A stretch of DNA of 64,000 nucleotides from Auanema rhodensis (taxonomy: Eukaryota > Animalia > Nematoda), in NCBI GenBank assembly GCA_964057225.1, contig OZ059900.1, positions 3,038,001-3,102,000 on the forward strand. Direction: 5' to 3'. The translations under genes and the position numbers were made by a program. The notes beneath the pieces are model-generated. The model did no database searches and was not told the origin of the DNA. It worked only from the letters and a program-made list of their open reading frames with translations. Position 1 is the stretch's first letter; each line of letters begins with the position of its first letter. Shown in pieces: positions 25,901-41,732 of the stretch.

Positions 25901-28900
25901 ATTTTGATCAAAAAAGGTCGAAAATAGAAAGAATTTTTGAAATTTCCGAGTTTTGAGTCTAATTTGGCTAAATCGCTCATATATATGATCAAAAGCATAG
26001 TTTTATTGTCTATGACAACAAAAGTCATCAATTAAACGCTAGTGATGTTTAAATACTGATTTTCGCTCAAATAGCATTACTACACTAAGTATGGTCGTTT
26101 TTATGCCTTTAACACCATATACTCACCGATTTTTGGTACAAAATCTGTGATACTCGTAAATTTTGATCATATTCGGTGAGATTCGAGAATCAAACACACA
26201 ATGCACGAAATAAGTTTATTTTGACGAGTTTGCACTGATATTTATTCATTTTGATCAAAAAAGGTCGAAAATAGAAAGAATTTTTGAATTTTCCGAGTTT
26301 TGAGTCCAATTGGGCTAAATCGCTCATATATATGATCAAAAGCATAGTTTTACTGTCTATGATAACAAAAGTCTTCAAATATACACTAATAATGTGTAAA
26401 TCACTGAATTTCACTCAAATAGCTTTACTACACTAAGTGTGGTCGTTTTTATGCCTTTAACACCATATACTCAACGATTTTTGGTACAAAATCTGTAATA
26501 CTCGTAAATTTTGATCATATTCGTTAAGATTTGAGAATCAAACATACAATACACAAAATCAGTCTATTTTTATGAGCTTGCACTGATATATATTCATTTT
26601 GATCAAAAAAGGTCGAAAATAGAAAGAATTTTTGAAATTTCCGAGTTTCGAGTCTAATTTGGCTAAATCGCTCATATACATGATCAGAAGCATAGTTTTA
26701 TTGTCTATGACAACAAAAGTCATAAATTAAACGCTAGTGATGTTTAAATACTGATTTTCGCTCAAATAGCATTACTACACTAAGTATGGTCGTTTTTATG
26801 CCTTTAACACCATATACTCACCGATTTTTGGTACAAAATCTGTGATACTCGTAAATTTTGATCATATTCGGTGAGATTCGAGAATCAAACACACAATACA
26901 CGAAATAAGTTTATTTTTACGAGTTTGCACTGATATTCATTCATTTTGATCAAAAAAGGTCAAAAATAGAAAGAATTTTTGAAATTTCCGAGTTTTGAGT
27001 CTAATTTGGCTAAATCGCTCATATATATGATCAAAAGCATAGTTTTACTGTCTATGATAACAAAAGTCTTCAAATATACACTAATAATGTGTAAATCACT
27101 GAATTTCACTCAAATAGCATTACTACACTAAGTATGGTCGTTTTTATGCCTTTAACACAATATACTCACCGATTTTTGGTACAAAATCTGTGATACTCGT
27201 AAATTTTGATCATATTCGGTGAGATTCGAGAATCAAACACACAATACACGAAATAAGTTTATTTTTACGAGTTTGCACTGATATTTATTCATTTTGATCA
27301 AAAAAGGTCGAAAATAGAAAGAATTTTTGAAATTTCCGAGTTTTGAGTCTAATTTGGCTAAATCGCTCATATATATGATCAAAAGCATAGTTTTATTGTC
27401 TATGACAACAAAAGTCATCAATTAAACGCTAGTGATGTTTAAATACTGATTTTCGCTCAAATAGCATTACTACACTAAGTATGGTCGTTTTTATGCCTTT
27501 AACACCATATACTCACCGATTTTTGGTACAAAATCTGTGATACTCGTAAATTTTGATCATATTCGGTGAGATTCGAGAATCAAACACACAATGCACGAAA
27601 TAAGTTTATTTTGACGAGTTTGCACTGATATTTATTCATTTTGATCAAAAAAGGTAGAAAATAGAAAGAATTTTTGAATTTTCCGAGTTTTGAGTCCAAT
27701 TGGGCTAAATCGCTCATATATATGATCAAAAGCATAGTTTTACTGTCTATGATAACAAAAGTCTTCAAATATACACTAATGATGTGTAAATCACTGAATT
27801 TCACTCAAATAGCTTTACTACACTAAGTATGGTCGTTTTTATGCCTTTAACACCATATACTCACCGATTTTTGGTACAAAATCTGTAATACTCGTAAATT
27901 TTGATCATATTCGGTGAGATTCGAGAATCAAACACACAATGCACGAAACAAGTTTATTTTGACGAGTTTGCACTGATATTTATTCATTTTGATCAAAAAA
28001 GGTCGAAAATAGAAAGAATTTTTGAATTTTCCGAGTTTTGAGTCCAATTGGGCTAAATCGCTCATATATATGATCAAAAGCATAGTTTTACTGTCTATGA
28101 TAACAAAAGTCTTCAAATATACACTAATGATGTGTAAATCACTGAATTTCACTCAAATAGCTTTACTACACTAAGTATGGTCGTTTTTATGCCTTTAACA
28201 CCATATACTCACCGATTTTTGGTACAAAATCTGTAATACTCGTAAATTTTGATCATATTCGTTAAGATTTGAGAATCAAACATACAATACACAAAATCAG
28301 TCTATTTTTATGAGCTTGCACTGATATATATTCATTTTGATCAAAAAAGGTCGAAAATAGAAAGAATTTTTGAAATTTACGAGTTTTGAGTCTAATTTGG
28401 CTAAATCGCTCATATATATGATCAGAAGCATAGTTTTTTTGTCTATGACAACAAAAGTCATTAGTTAAACACTAATGATGTTTAAATCACTAAATTTCGC
28501 TCAAATAGCATTACTACACTAAGTATGGTCGTTTTTATGCCTTTAACACCATATACTCACCGATTTTTGGTACAAAATCTGTAATACTCGTAAATTTTGA
28601 TCATATTCGTTAAGATTTGAGAATCAAACATACAATACACAAAATCAGTCTATTTTTATGAGCTCGCACTGATATATATTCATTTTGATCAAAAAAGGTC
28701 GAAAATAGAAAGAATTTTTGAAATTTACGAGTTTTGAATCTAATTTGGCTAAATCGCTCATATATATGATCAAAAGCATAGTTTTACTGTCTATGATAAC
28801 AAAAGTCTTCAAATATACACTAATAATGATTTAATCACTGAATTTCACTCAAATAGCATTACTACACTAAGTATGGTCGTTTTTATGCCTTTAACACCAT

Positions 28901-31900
28901 ATACTCACCGATTTTTGGTACAAAATCTGTGATACTCGTAAATTTTGATCATATTCGGTGAGATTCGAGAATCAAACACACAATACACGAAATAAGTTTA
29001 TTTTTACGAGTTTGCACTGATATTTATTCATTTTGATCAAAAAAGGTCGAAAATAGAAAGAATTTTTGAAATTTCCGAGTTTTGAGTCTAATTTGGCTAA
29101 ATCGCTCATATATATGATCAAAAGCATAGTTTTACTGTCTATGATAACAAAAGTCTTCAAATATACACTAATAATGTGTAAATCACTGAATTTCACTCAA
29201 ATAGCATTACTACACTAAGTATGGTCGTTTTTATGCCTTTAACACCATATACTCACCGATTTTTGGTACAAAATCTGTGATACTCGTAAATTTTGATCAT
29301 ATTCGGTGAGATTCCAGAATCAAACACACAATACACGAAATAAGTTTATTTTTACGAGTTTGCACTGATATTTATTCATTTTGATCAAAAAAGGTCGAAA
29401 ATAGAAAGAATTTTTGAAATTTCCGAGTTTTGAGTCTAATTTGGCTAAATCGCTCATATATATGATCAAAAGCATAGTTTTATTGTCTATGACAACAAAA
29501 GTCATCAATTAAACGCTAGTGATGTTTAAATACTGAATTTCGCTCAAATAGCAATACTACACTAAGTATGGTCGTTTTTATGCCTTTAACACCATATACT
29601 CACCGATTTTTGGTACAAAATCTGTAATACTCGTAAATTTTGATCATATTCGTTAAGATTTGAGAATCAAACATACAATACACAAAATCAGTCTATTTTT
29701 ATGAGCTTGCACTGATATATATTCATTTTGATCAAAAAAGGTCGAAAATAGAAAGAATTTTTGAAATTTACGAGTTTTGAGTCTAATTCGGCTAAATCGC
29801 TCATATATATGATCAGAAGCATAGTTTTATTGTCTATGACAACGAAAGTCATTAATTGAACACTAATGATGTTTAAATCACTAAATTTCGCTCAAATAGC
29901 ATTACTACACTAAGTATGGTCGTTTTTATGCCTTTAACACCATATACTCACCGATTTTTGGTACAAAATCTGTAATACTCGTAAATTTTGATCATATTCG
30001 GTGAGATTCGAGAATCAAACACACAATGCACGAAATAAGTTTATTTTGACGAGTTTGCACTGATATTTATTCATTTTGATCAAAAAAGGTCGAAAATAGA
30101 AAGAATTTTTGAATTTTCCGAGTTTTGAGTCCAATTGGGCTAAATCGCTCATATATATGATCAAAAGCATAGTTTTACTGTCTATGATAACAAAAGTCTT
30201 CAAATATACACTAATGATGTGTAAATCACTGAATTTCACTCAAATAGCTTTACTACACTAAGTATGGTCGTTTTTATGCCTTTAACACCATATACTCACC
30301 GATTTTTGGTACAAAATCTGTAATACTCGTAAATTTTGATCATATTCGTTAAGATTTGAGAATCAAACATACAATACACAAAATCAGTCTATTTTAATGA
30401 GCTTGCACTGATATATATTCATTTTGATCAAAAAAGGTCGAAAATAGAAAGAATTTTTGAAATTTCCGAGTTTTGAGTCTAATTTGGCTAAATCGCTCAT
30501 ATATATGATCAAAAGCATAGTTTTACTGTCTATGATAACAAAAGTCTTCAAATATACACTAATAATGTGTAAATCACTGAATTTCACTCAAATAGCTTTA
30601 CTACACTAAGTGTGGTCGTTTTTATGCCTTTAACACCATATACTCAACGATTTTTGGTACAAAATCTGTAATACTCGTAAATTTTGATCATATTCGTTAA
30701 GATTTGAGAATCAAACATACAATACACAAAATCAGTCTATTTTTATGAGCTTGCACTGATATATATTCATTTTGATCAAAAAAGGTCGAAAATAGAAAGA
30801 ATTTTTGAAATTTCCGAGTTTTGAGTCTAATTTGGCTAAATCGCTCATATACATGATCAGAAGCATAGTTTTATTGTCTATGACAACAAAAGTCATCAAT
30901 TAAACGCTAGTGATGTTTAAATACTGATTTTCGCTCAAATAGCATTACTACACTAAGTATGGTCGTTTTTATGCCTTTAACACCATATACTCACCGATTT
31001 TTGGTACAAAATCTGTGATACTCGTAAATTTTGATCATATTCGGTGAGATTCGAGAATCAAACACACAATACACGAAATAAGTTTATTTTTACGAGTTTG
31101 CACTGATATTTATTCATTTTGATCAAAAAAGGTCGAAAATAGAAAGAATTTTTGAAATTTCCGAGTTTTGAGTCTAATTTGGCTAAATCGCTCATATATA
31201 TGATCAAAAGCATAGTTTTACTGTCTATGATAACAAAAGTCTTCAAATATACACTAATAATGTGTAAATCACTGAATTTCACTCAAATAGCATTACTACA
31301 CTAAGTATGGTCGTTTTTATGCCTTTAACACCATATACTCACCGATTTTTGGTACAAAATCTGTGATACTCGTAAATTTTGATCATATTCGGTGAGATTC
31401 GAGAATCAAACACACAATACACGAAATAAGTTTATTTTTACGAGTTTGCACTGATATTTATTCATTTTGATCAAAAAAGGTCGAAAATAGAAAGAATTTT
31501 TGAAATTTCCGAGTTTTGAGTCTAATTTGGCTAAATCGCTCATATATATGATCAAAAGCATAGTTTTATTGTCTATGACAACAAAAGTCATCAATTAAAC
31601 GCTAGTGATGTTTAAATACTGATTTTCGCTCAAATAGCATTACTACACTAAGTATGGTCGTTTTTATGCCTTTAACACCATATACTCACCGATTTTTGGT
31701 ACAAAATCTGTGATACTCGTAAATTTTGATCATATTCGGTGAGATTCGAGAATCAAACACACAATGCACGAAATAAGTTTATTTTGACGAGTTTGCACTG
31801 ATATTTATTCATTTTGATCAAAAAAGGTCGAAAATAGAAAGAATTTTTGAATTTTCCGAGTTTTGAGTCCAATTGGGCTAAATCGCTCATATATATGATC

Positions 31901-34430
31901 AAAAGCATAGTTTTACTGTCTATGATAACAAAAGTCTTCAAATATACACTAATAATGTGTAAATCACTGAATTTCACTCAAATAGCTTTACTACACTAAG
32001 TGTGGTCGTTTTTATGCCTTTAACACCATATACTCAACGATTTTTGGTACAAAATCTGTAATACTCGTAAATTTTGATCATATTCGTTAAGATTTGAGAA
32101 TCAAACATACAATACACAAAATCAGTCTATTTTTATGAGCTTGCACTGATATATATTCATTTTGATCAAAAAAGGTCGAAAATAGAAAGAATTTTTGAAA
32201 TTTCCGAGTTTTGAGTCTAATTTGGCTAAATCGCTCATATACATGATCAGAAGCATAGTTTTATTGTCTATGACAACAAAAGTCATAAATTAAACGCTAG
32301 TGATGTTTAAATACTGATTTTCGCTCAAATAGCATTACTACACTAAGTATGGTCGTTTTTATGCCTTTAACACCATATACTCACCGATTTTTGGTACAAA
32401 ATCTGTGATACTCGTAAATTTTGATCATATTCGGTGAGATTCGAGAATCAAACACACAATACACGAAATAAGTTTATTTTTACGAGTTTGCACTGATATT
32501 CATTCATTTTGATCAAAAAAGGTCAAAAATAGAAAGAATTTTTGAAATTTCCGAGTTTTGAGTCTAATTTGGCTAAATCGCTCATATATATGATCAAAAG
32601 CATAGTTTTACTGTCTATGATAACAAAAGTCTTCAAATATACACTAATAATGTGTAAATCACTGAATTTCACTCAAATAGCATTACTACACTAAGTATGG
32701 TCGTTTTTATGCCTTTAACACCATATACTCACCGATTTTTGGTACAAAATCTGTGATACTCGTAAATTTTGATCATATTCGGTGAGATTCGAGAATCAAA
32801 CACACAATACACGAAATAAGTTTATTTTTACGAGTTTGCACTGATATTTATTCATTTTGATCAAAAAAGGTCGAAAATAGAAAGAATTTTTGAAATTTCC
32901 GAGTTTTGAGTCTAATTTGGCTAAATCGCTCATATATATGATCAAAAGCATAGATTTATTGTCTATGACAACAAAAGTCATCAATTAAACGCTAGTGATG
33001 TTTAAATACTGATTTTCGCTCAAATAGCATTACTACACTAAGTATGGTCGTTTTTATGCCTTTAACACCATATACTCACCGATTTTTGGTACAAAATCTG
33101 TGATACTCGTAAATTTTGATCATATTCGGTGAGATTCGAGAATCAAACACACAATGCACGAAATAAGTTTATTTTGACGAGTTTGCACTGATATTTATTC
33201 ATTTTGATCAAAAAAGGTAGAAAATAGAAAGAATTTTTGAATTTTCCGAGTTTTGAGTCCAATTGGGCTAAATCGCTCATATATATGATCAAAAGCATAG
33301 TTTTACTGTCTATGATAACAAAAGTCTTCAAATATACACTAATGATGTGTAAATCACTGAATTTCACTCAAATAGCTTTACTACACTAAGTATGGTCGTT
33401 TTTATGCCTTTAACACCATATACTCACCGATTTTTGGTACAAAATCTGTAATACTCGTAAATTTTGATCATATTCGGTGAGATTCGAGAATCAAACACAC
33501 AATGCACGAAACAAGTTTATTTTGACGAGTTTGCACTGATATTTATTCATTTTGATCAAAAAAGGTCGAAAATAGAAAGAATTTTTGAATTTTCCGAGTT
33601 TTGAGTCCAATTGGGCTAAATCGCTCATATATATGATCAAAAGCATAGTTTTACTGTCTATGATAACAAAAGTCTTCAAATATACACTAATGATGTGTAA
33701 ATCACTGAATTTCACTCAAATAGCTTTACTACACTAAGTATGGTCGTTTTTATGCCTTTAACACCATATACTCACCGATTTTTGGTACAAAATCTGTAAT
33801 ACTCGTAAATTTTGATCATATTCGTTAAGATTTGAGAATCAAACATACAATACACAAAATCAGTCTATTTTTATGAGCTTGCACTGATATATATTCATTT
33901 TGATCAAAAAAGGTCGAAAATAGAAAGAATTTTTGAAATTTACGAGTTTTGAGTCTAATTTGGCTAAATCGCTCATATATATGATCAGAAGCATAGTTTT
34001 TTTGTCTATGACAACAAAAGTCATTAGTTAAACACTAATGATGTTTAAATCACTAAATTTCGCTCAAATAGCATTACTACACTAAGTATGGTCGTTTTTA
34101 TGCCTTTAACACCATATACTCACCGATTTTTGGTACAAAATCTGTAATACTCGTAAATTTTGATCATATTCGTTAAGATTTGAGAATCAAACATACAATA
34201 CACAAAATCAGTCTATTTTTATGAGCTCGCACTGATATATATTCATTTTGATCAAAAAAGGTCGAAAATAGAAAGAATTTTTGAAATTTACGAGTTTTGA
34301 ATCTAATTTGGCTAAATCGCTCATATATATGATCAAAAGCATAGTTTTACTGTCTATGATAACAAAAGTCTTCAAATATACACTAATAATGATTTAATCA
34401 CTGAATTTCACTCAAATAGCATTACTACAC
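21915..34430. repeat. Large tandem duplication of a 16-monomer unit (5563 bp); the first copy is expanded to 20 monomers (6953 bp) by an internal 4-mer duplication
   Basis: Type order at 21915-28867 equals that at 28868-34430 apart from one extra 4-mer. Markers GGTAGAAA, GAAACAAG and GAGCTC (28660/34223) recur at +5563; markers upstream of the 4-mer recur at +6953. Confidence 0.85.
24696..27475. repeat. Local higher-order repeat: 4-monomer unit (1390 bp) x2
   Basis: Variants GAGTTTCGAG, GTCATAAATT, GATATTCATT, GGTCAAAAAT and AACACAATAT all recur at +1390. Confidence 0.92.
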
Positions 34431-37400
34431 TAAGTATGGTCGTTTTTATGCCTTTAACACCATATACTCACCGATTTTTGGTACAAAATCTGTGATACTC
34501 GTAAATTTTGATCATATTCGGTGAGATTCGAGAATCAAACACACAATACACGAAATAAGTTTATTTTTACGAGTTTGCACTGATATTTATTCATTTTGAT
34601 CAAAAAAGGTCGAAAATAGAAAGAATTTTTGAAATTTCCGAGTTTTGAGTCTAATTTGGCTAAATCGCTCATATATATGATCAAAAGCATAGTTTTACTG
34701 TCTATGATAACAAAAGTCTTCAAATATACACTAATAATGTGTAAATCACTGAATTTCACTCAAATAGCATTACTACACTAAGTATGGTCGTTTTTATGCC
34801 TTTAACACCATATACTCACCGATTTTTGGTACAAAATCTGTGATACTCGTAAATTTTGATCATATTCGGTGAGATTCTAGAATCAAACACACATAACACG
34901 AAATAAGTTTATTTTTACGAGTTTGCACTGATATTTATTCATTTTGATCAAAAAAGGTCGAAAATAGAAAGAATTTTTGAAATTTCCGAGTTTTGAGTCT
35001 AATTTGGCTAAATCGCTCATATATATGATCAAAAGCATAGTTTTATTGTCTATGACAACAAAAGTCATCAATTAAACGCTAGTGATGTTTAAATACTGAA
35101 TTTCGCTCAAATAGCATTACTACACTAAGTATGGTCGTTTTTATGCCTTTAACACCATATACTCACCGATTTTTGGTACAAAATCTGTAATACTCGTAAA
35201 TTTTGATCATATTCGTTAAGATTTGAGAATCAAACATACAATACACAAAATCAGTCTATTTTTATGAGCTTGCACTGATATATATTCATTTTGATCAAAA
35301 AAGGTCGAAAATAGAAAGAATTTTTGAAATTTACGAGTTTTGAGTCTAATTTGGCTAAATCGCTCATATATATGATCAAAAGCATAGTTTTATTGTCTAT
35401 GACAACAAAAGTCATCAATTAAACGCTAGTGATGTTTAAATACTGATTTTCGCTCAAATAGCATTACTACACTAAGTATGGTCGTTTTTATGCCTTTAAC
35501 ACCATATACTCACCGATTTTTGGTACAAAATCTGTGATACTCGTAAATTTTGATCATATTCGGTGAGATTCGAGAATCAAACACACAATGCACGAAATAA
35601 GTTTATTTTGACGAGTTTGCACTGATATTTATTCATTTTGATCAAAAAAGGTAGAAAATAGAAAGAATTTTTGAATTTTCCGAGTTTTGAGTCCAATTGG
35701 GCTAAATCGCTCATATATATGATCAAAAGCATAGTTTTACTGTCTATGATAACAAAAGTCTTCAAATATACACTAATTATGTGTAAATCACTGAATTTCA
35801 CTCAAATAGCTTTACTACACTAAGTATGGTCGTTTTTATGCCTTTAACACCATATACTCACCGATTTTTGGTACAAAATCTGTAATACTCGTAAATTTTG
35901 ATCATATTCGGTGAGATTCGAGAATCAAACACACAATGCACGAAACAAGTTTATTTTGACGAGTTTGCACTGATATTTATTCATTTTGATCAAAAAAGGT
36001 CGAAAATAGAAAGAATTTTTGAATTTTCCGAGTTTTGAGTCCAATTGGGCTAAATCGCTCATATATATGATCAAAAGCATAGTTTTACTGTCTATGATAA
36101 CAAAAGTCTTCAAATATACACTAATGATGTGTAAATCACTGAATTTCACTCAAATAGCTTTACTACACTAAGTATGGTCGTTTTTATGCCTTTAACACCA
36201 TATACTCACCGATTTTTGGTACAAAATCTGTAATACTCGTAAATTTTGATCATATTCGTTAAGATTTGAGAATCAAACATACAATACACAAAATCAGTCT
36301 ATTTTTATGAGCTTGCACTGATATATATTCATTTTGATCAAAAAAGGTCGAAAATAGAAAGAATTTTTGAAATTTACGAGTTTTGAGTCTAATTTGGCTA
36401 AATCGCTCATATATATGATCAGAAGCATAGTTTTTTTGTCTATGACAACAAAAGTCATTAGTTAAACACTAATGATGTTTAAATCACTAAATTTCGCTCA
36501 AATAGCATTACTACACTAAGTATGGTCGTTTTTATGCCTTTAACACCATATACTCACCGATTTTTGGTACAAAATCTGTAATACTCGTAAATTTTGATCA
36601 TATTCGTTAAGATTTGAGAATCAAACATACAATACACAAAATCAGTCTATTTTTATGAGCTCGCACTGATATATATTCATTTTGATCAAAAAAGGTCGAA
36701 AATAGAAAGAATTTTTGAAATTTACGAGTTTTGAATCTAATTTGGCTAAATCGCTCATATATATGATCAAAAGCATAGTTTTACTGTCTATGATAACAAA
36801 AGTCTTCAAATATACACTAATAATGATTTAATCACTGAATTTCACTCAAATAGCATTACTACACTAAGTATGGTCGTTTTTATGCCTTTAACACCATATA
36901 CTCACCGATTTTTGGTACAAAATCTGTGATACTCGTAAATTTTGATCATATTCGGTGAGATTCGAGAATCAAACACACAATACACGAAATAAGTTTATTT
37001 TTACGAGTTTGCACTGATATTTATTCATTTTGATCAAAAAAGGTCGAAAATAGAAAGAATTTTTGAAATTTCCGAGTTTTGAGTCTAATTTGGCTAAATC
37101 GCTCATATATATGATCAAAAGCATAGTTTTACTGTCTATGATAACAAAAGTCTTCAAATATACACTAATAATGTGTAAATCACTGAATTTCACTCAAATA
37201 GCATTACTACACTAAGTATGGTCGTTTTTATGCCTTTAACACCATATACTCACCGATTTTTGGTACAAAATCTGTGATACTCGTAAATTTTGATCATATT
37301 CGGTGAGATTCTAGAATCAAACACACATAACACGAAATAAGTTTATTTTTACGAGTTTGCACTGATATTTATTCATTTTGATCAAAAAAGGTCGAAAATA

Positions 37401-40341
37401 GAAAGAATTTTTGAAATTTCCGAGTTTTGAGTCTAATTTGGCTAAATCGCTCATATATATGATCAAAAGCATAGTTTTATTGTCTATGACAACAAAAGTC
37501 ATCAATTAAACGCTAGTGATGTTTAAATACTGAATTTCGCTCAAATAGCATTACTACACTAAGTATGGTCGTTTTTATGCCTTTAACACCATATACTCAC
37601 CGATTTTTGGTACAAAATCTGTAATACTCGTAAATTTTGATCATATTCGTTAAGATTTGAGAATCAAACATACAATACACAAAATCAGTCTATTTTTATG
37701 AGCTTGCACTGATATATATTCATTTTGATCAAAAAAGGTCGAAAATAGAAAGAATTTTTGAAATTTACGAGTTTTGAGTCTAATTTGGCTAAATCGCTCA
37801 TATATATGATCAAAAGCATAGTTTTATTGTCTATGACAACAAAAGTCATCAATTAAACGCTAGTGATGTTTAAATACTGATTTTCGCTCAAATAGCATTA
37901 CTACACTAAGTATGGTCGTTTTTATGCCTTTAACACCATATACTCACCGATTTTTGGTACAAAATCTGTGATACTCGTAAATTTTGATCATATTCGGTGA
38001 GATTCGAGAATCAAACACACAATGCACGAAATAAGTTTATTTTGACGAGTTTGCACTGATATTTATTCATTTTGATCAAAAAAGGTAGAAAATAGAAAGA
38101 ATTTTTGAATTTTCCGAGTTTTGAGTCCAATTGGGCTAAATCGCTCATATATATGATCAAAAGCATAGTTTTACTGTCTATGATAACAAAAGTCTTCAAA
38201 TATACACTAATGATGTGTAAATCACTGAATTTCACTCAAATAGCTTTACTACACTAAGTATGGTCGTTTTTATGCCTTTAACACCATATACTCACCGATT
38301 TTTGGTACAAAATCTGTAATACTCGTAAATTTTGATCATATTCGGTGAGATTCGAGAATCAAACACACAATGCACGAAACAAGTTTATTTTGACGAGTTT
38401 GCACTGATATTTATTCATTTTGATCAAAAAAGGTCGAAAATAGAAAGAATTTTTGAATTTTCCGAGTTTTGAGTCCAATTGGGCTAAATCGCTCATATAT
38501 ATGATCAAAAGCATAGTTTTACTGTCTATGATAACAAAAGTCTTCAAATATACACTAATGATGTGTAAATCACTGAATTTCACTCAAATAGCTTTACTAC
38601 ACTAAGTATGGTCGTTTTTATGCCTTTAACACCATATACTCACCGATTTTTGGTACAAAATCTGTAATACTCGTAAATTTTGATCATATTCGTTAAGATT
38701 TGAGAATCAAACATACAATACACAAAATCAGTCTATTTTTATGAGCTTGCACTGATATATATTCATTTTGATCAAAAAAGGTCGAAAATAGAAAGAATTT
38801 TTGAAATTTACGAGTTTTGAGTCTAATTTGGCTAAATCGCTCATATATATGATCAGAAGCATAGTTTTTTTGTCTATGACAACAAAAGTCATTAGTTAAA
38901 CACTAATGATGTTTAAATCACTAAATTTCGCTCAAATAGCATTACTACACTAAGTATGGTCGTTTTTATGCCTTTAACACCATATACTCACCGATTTTTG
39001 GTACAAAATCTGTAATACTCGTAAATTTTGATCATATTCGTTAAGATTTGAGAATCAAACATACAATACACAAAATCAGTCTATTTTTATGAGCTCGCAC
39101 TGATATATATTCATTTTGATCAAAAAAGGTCGAAAATAGAAAGAATTTTTGAAATTTACGAGTTTTGAATCTAATTTGGCTAAATCGCTCATATATATGA
39201 TCAAAAGCATAGTTTTACTGTCTATGATAACAAAAGTCTTCAAATATACACTAATAATGATTTAATCACTGAATTTCACTCAAATAGCATTACTACACTA
39301 AGTATGGTCGTTTTTATGCCTTTAACACCATATACTCACCGATTTTTGGTACAAAATCTGTGATACTCGTAAATTTTGATCATATTCGGTGAGATTCGAG
39401 AATCAAACACACAATACACGAAATAAGTTTATTTTTACGAGTTTGCACTGATATTTATTCATTTTGATCAAAAAAGGTCGAAAATAGAAAGAATTTTTGA
39501 AATTTCCGAGTTTTGAGTCTAATTTGGCTAAATCGCTCATATATATGATCAAAAGCATAGTTTTACTGTCTATGATAACAAAAGTCTTCAAATATACACT
39601 AATAATGTGTAAATCACTGAATTTCACTCAAATAGCATTACTACACTAAGTATGGTCGTTTTTATGCCTTTAACACCATATACTCACCGATTTTTGGTAC
39701 AAAATCTGTGATACTCGTAAATTTTGATCATATTCGGTGAGATTCTAGAATCAAACACACATAACACGAAATAAGTTTATTTTTACGAGTTTGCACTGAT
39801 ATTTATTCATTTTGATCAAAAAAGGTCGAAAATAGAAAGAATTTTTGAAATTTCCGAGTTTTGAGTCTAATTTGGCTAAATCGCTCATATATATGATCAA
39901 AAGCATAGTTTTATTGTCTATGACAACAAAAGTCATCAATTAAACGCTAGTGATGTTTAAATACTGAATTTCGCTCAAATAGCATTACTACACTAAGTAT
40001 GGTCGTTTTTATGCCTTTAACACCATATACTCACCGATTTTTGGTACAAAATCTGTAATACTCGTAAATTTTGATCATATTCGTTAAGATTTGAGAATCA
40101 AACATACAATACACAAAATCAGTCTATTTTTATGAGCTTGCACTGATATATATTCATTTTGATCAAAAAAGGTCGAAAATAGAAAGAATTTTTGAAATTT
40201 ACGAGTTTTGAGTCTAATTTGGCTAAATCGCTCATATATATGATCAGAAGCATAGTTTTATTGTCTATGACAACGAAAGTCATTAATTAAACACTAATGA
40301 TGTTTAAATCACTAAATTTCGCTCAAATAGCATTACTACAC
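33039..40341. repeat. Local higher-order repeat: 7-monomer unit (2434 bp) x3
   Basis: TCTAGA at 34876, 37310 and 39744; GAGCTC at 34223, 36657 and 39091; GGTAGAAA-bearing ORFs at 33143, 35577 and 38011. All are spaced 2434 bp. Confidence 0.95.
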
Positions 40342-41732
40342 TAAGTATGGTCGTTTTTATGCCTTTAACACCATATACTCACCGATTTTTGGTACAAAAT
40401 CTGTAATACTCGTAAATTTTGATCATATTCGGTGAGATTCGAGAATCAAACACACAATGCACGAAATAAGTTTATTTTGACGAGTTTGCACTGATATTTA
40501 TTCATTTTGATCAAAAAAGGTCGAAAATAGAAAGAATTTTTGAATTTTCCGAGTTTTGAGTCCAATTGGGCTAAATCGCTCATATATATGATCAAAAGCA
40601 TAGTTTTACTGTCTATGATAACAAAAGTCTTCAAATATACACTAATGATGTGTAAATCACTGAATTTCACTCAAATAGCTTTACTACACTAAGTATGGTC
40701 GTTTTTATGCCTTTAACACCATATACTCACCGATTTTTGGTACAAAATCTGTGATACTCGTAAATTTTGATCATATTCGGTGAGATTCGAGAATCAAACA
40801 CACAATACACGAAATAAGTTTATTTTTACGAGTTTGCACTGATATTTATTCATTTTGATCAAAAAAGGTCGAAAATAGAAAGAATTTTTGAAATTTCCGA
40901 GTTTTGAGTCTAATTTGGCTAAATCGCTCATGTATATGATCAAAAGCATAGTTTTACTGTCTATGATAACAAAAGTCTTCAAATATACACTAATAATGTG
41001 TAAATCACTGAATTTCACTCAAATAGCATTACTACACTAAGTATGGTCGTTTTTATGCCTTTAACACCATATACTCACCGATTTTTGGTACAAAATCTGT
41101 GATACTCGTAAATTTTGATCATATTCGGTGAGATTCCAGAATCAAACACACAATACACGAAATAAGTTTATTTTTACGAGTTTGCACTGATATTTATTCA
41201 TTTTGATCAAAAAAGGTCGAAAATAGAAAGAATTTTTGAAATTTCCGAGTTTTGAGTCTAATTTGGCTAAATCGCTCATATATATGATCAAAAGCATAGT
41301 TTTATTGTCTATGACAACAAAAGTCATTAATTAAACGCTAGTGATGTTTAAATACTGAATTTCGCTCAAATAGCATTACTACACTAAGTATGGTCGTTTT
41401 TATGCCTTTAACACCATATACTCACCGATTTTTGGTACAAAATCTGTAATACTCGTAAATTTTGATCATATTCGTTAAGATTTGAGAATCAAACATACAA
41501 TACACAAAATCAGTCTATTTTTATGAGCTTGCACTGATATATATTCATTTTGATCAAAAAAGGTCGAAAATAGAAAGAATTTTTGAAATTTACGAGTTTT
41601 GAGTCTAATTTGGCTAAATCGCTCATATATATGATCAGAAGCATAGTTTTATTGTCTATGACAACGAAAGTCATTAATTAAACACTAATGATGTTTAAAT
41701 CACTAAATTTCGCTCAAATAGCATTACTACAC

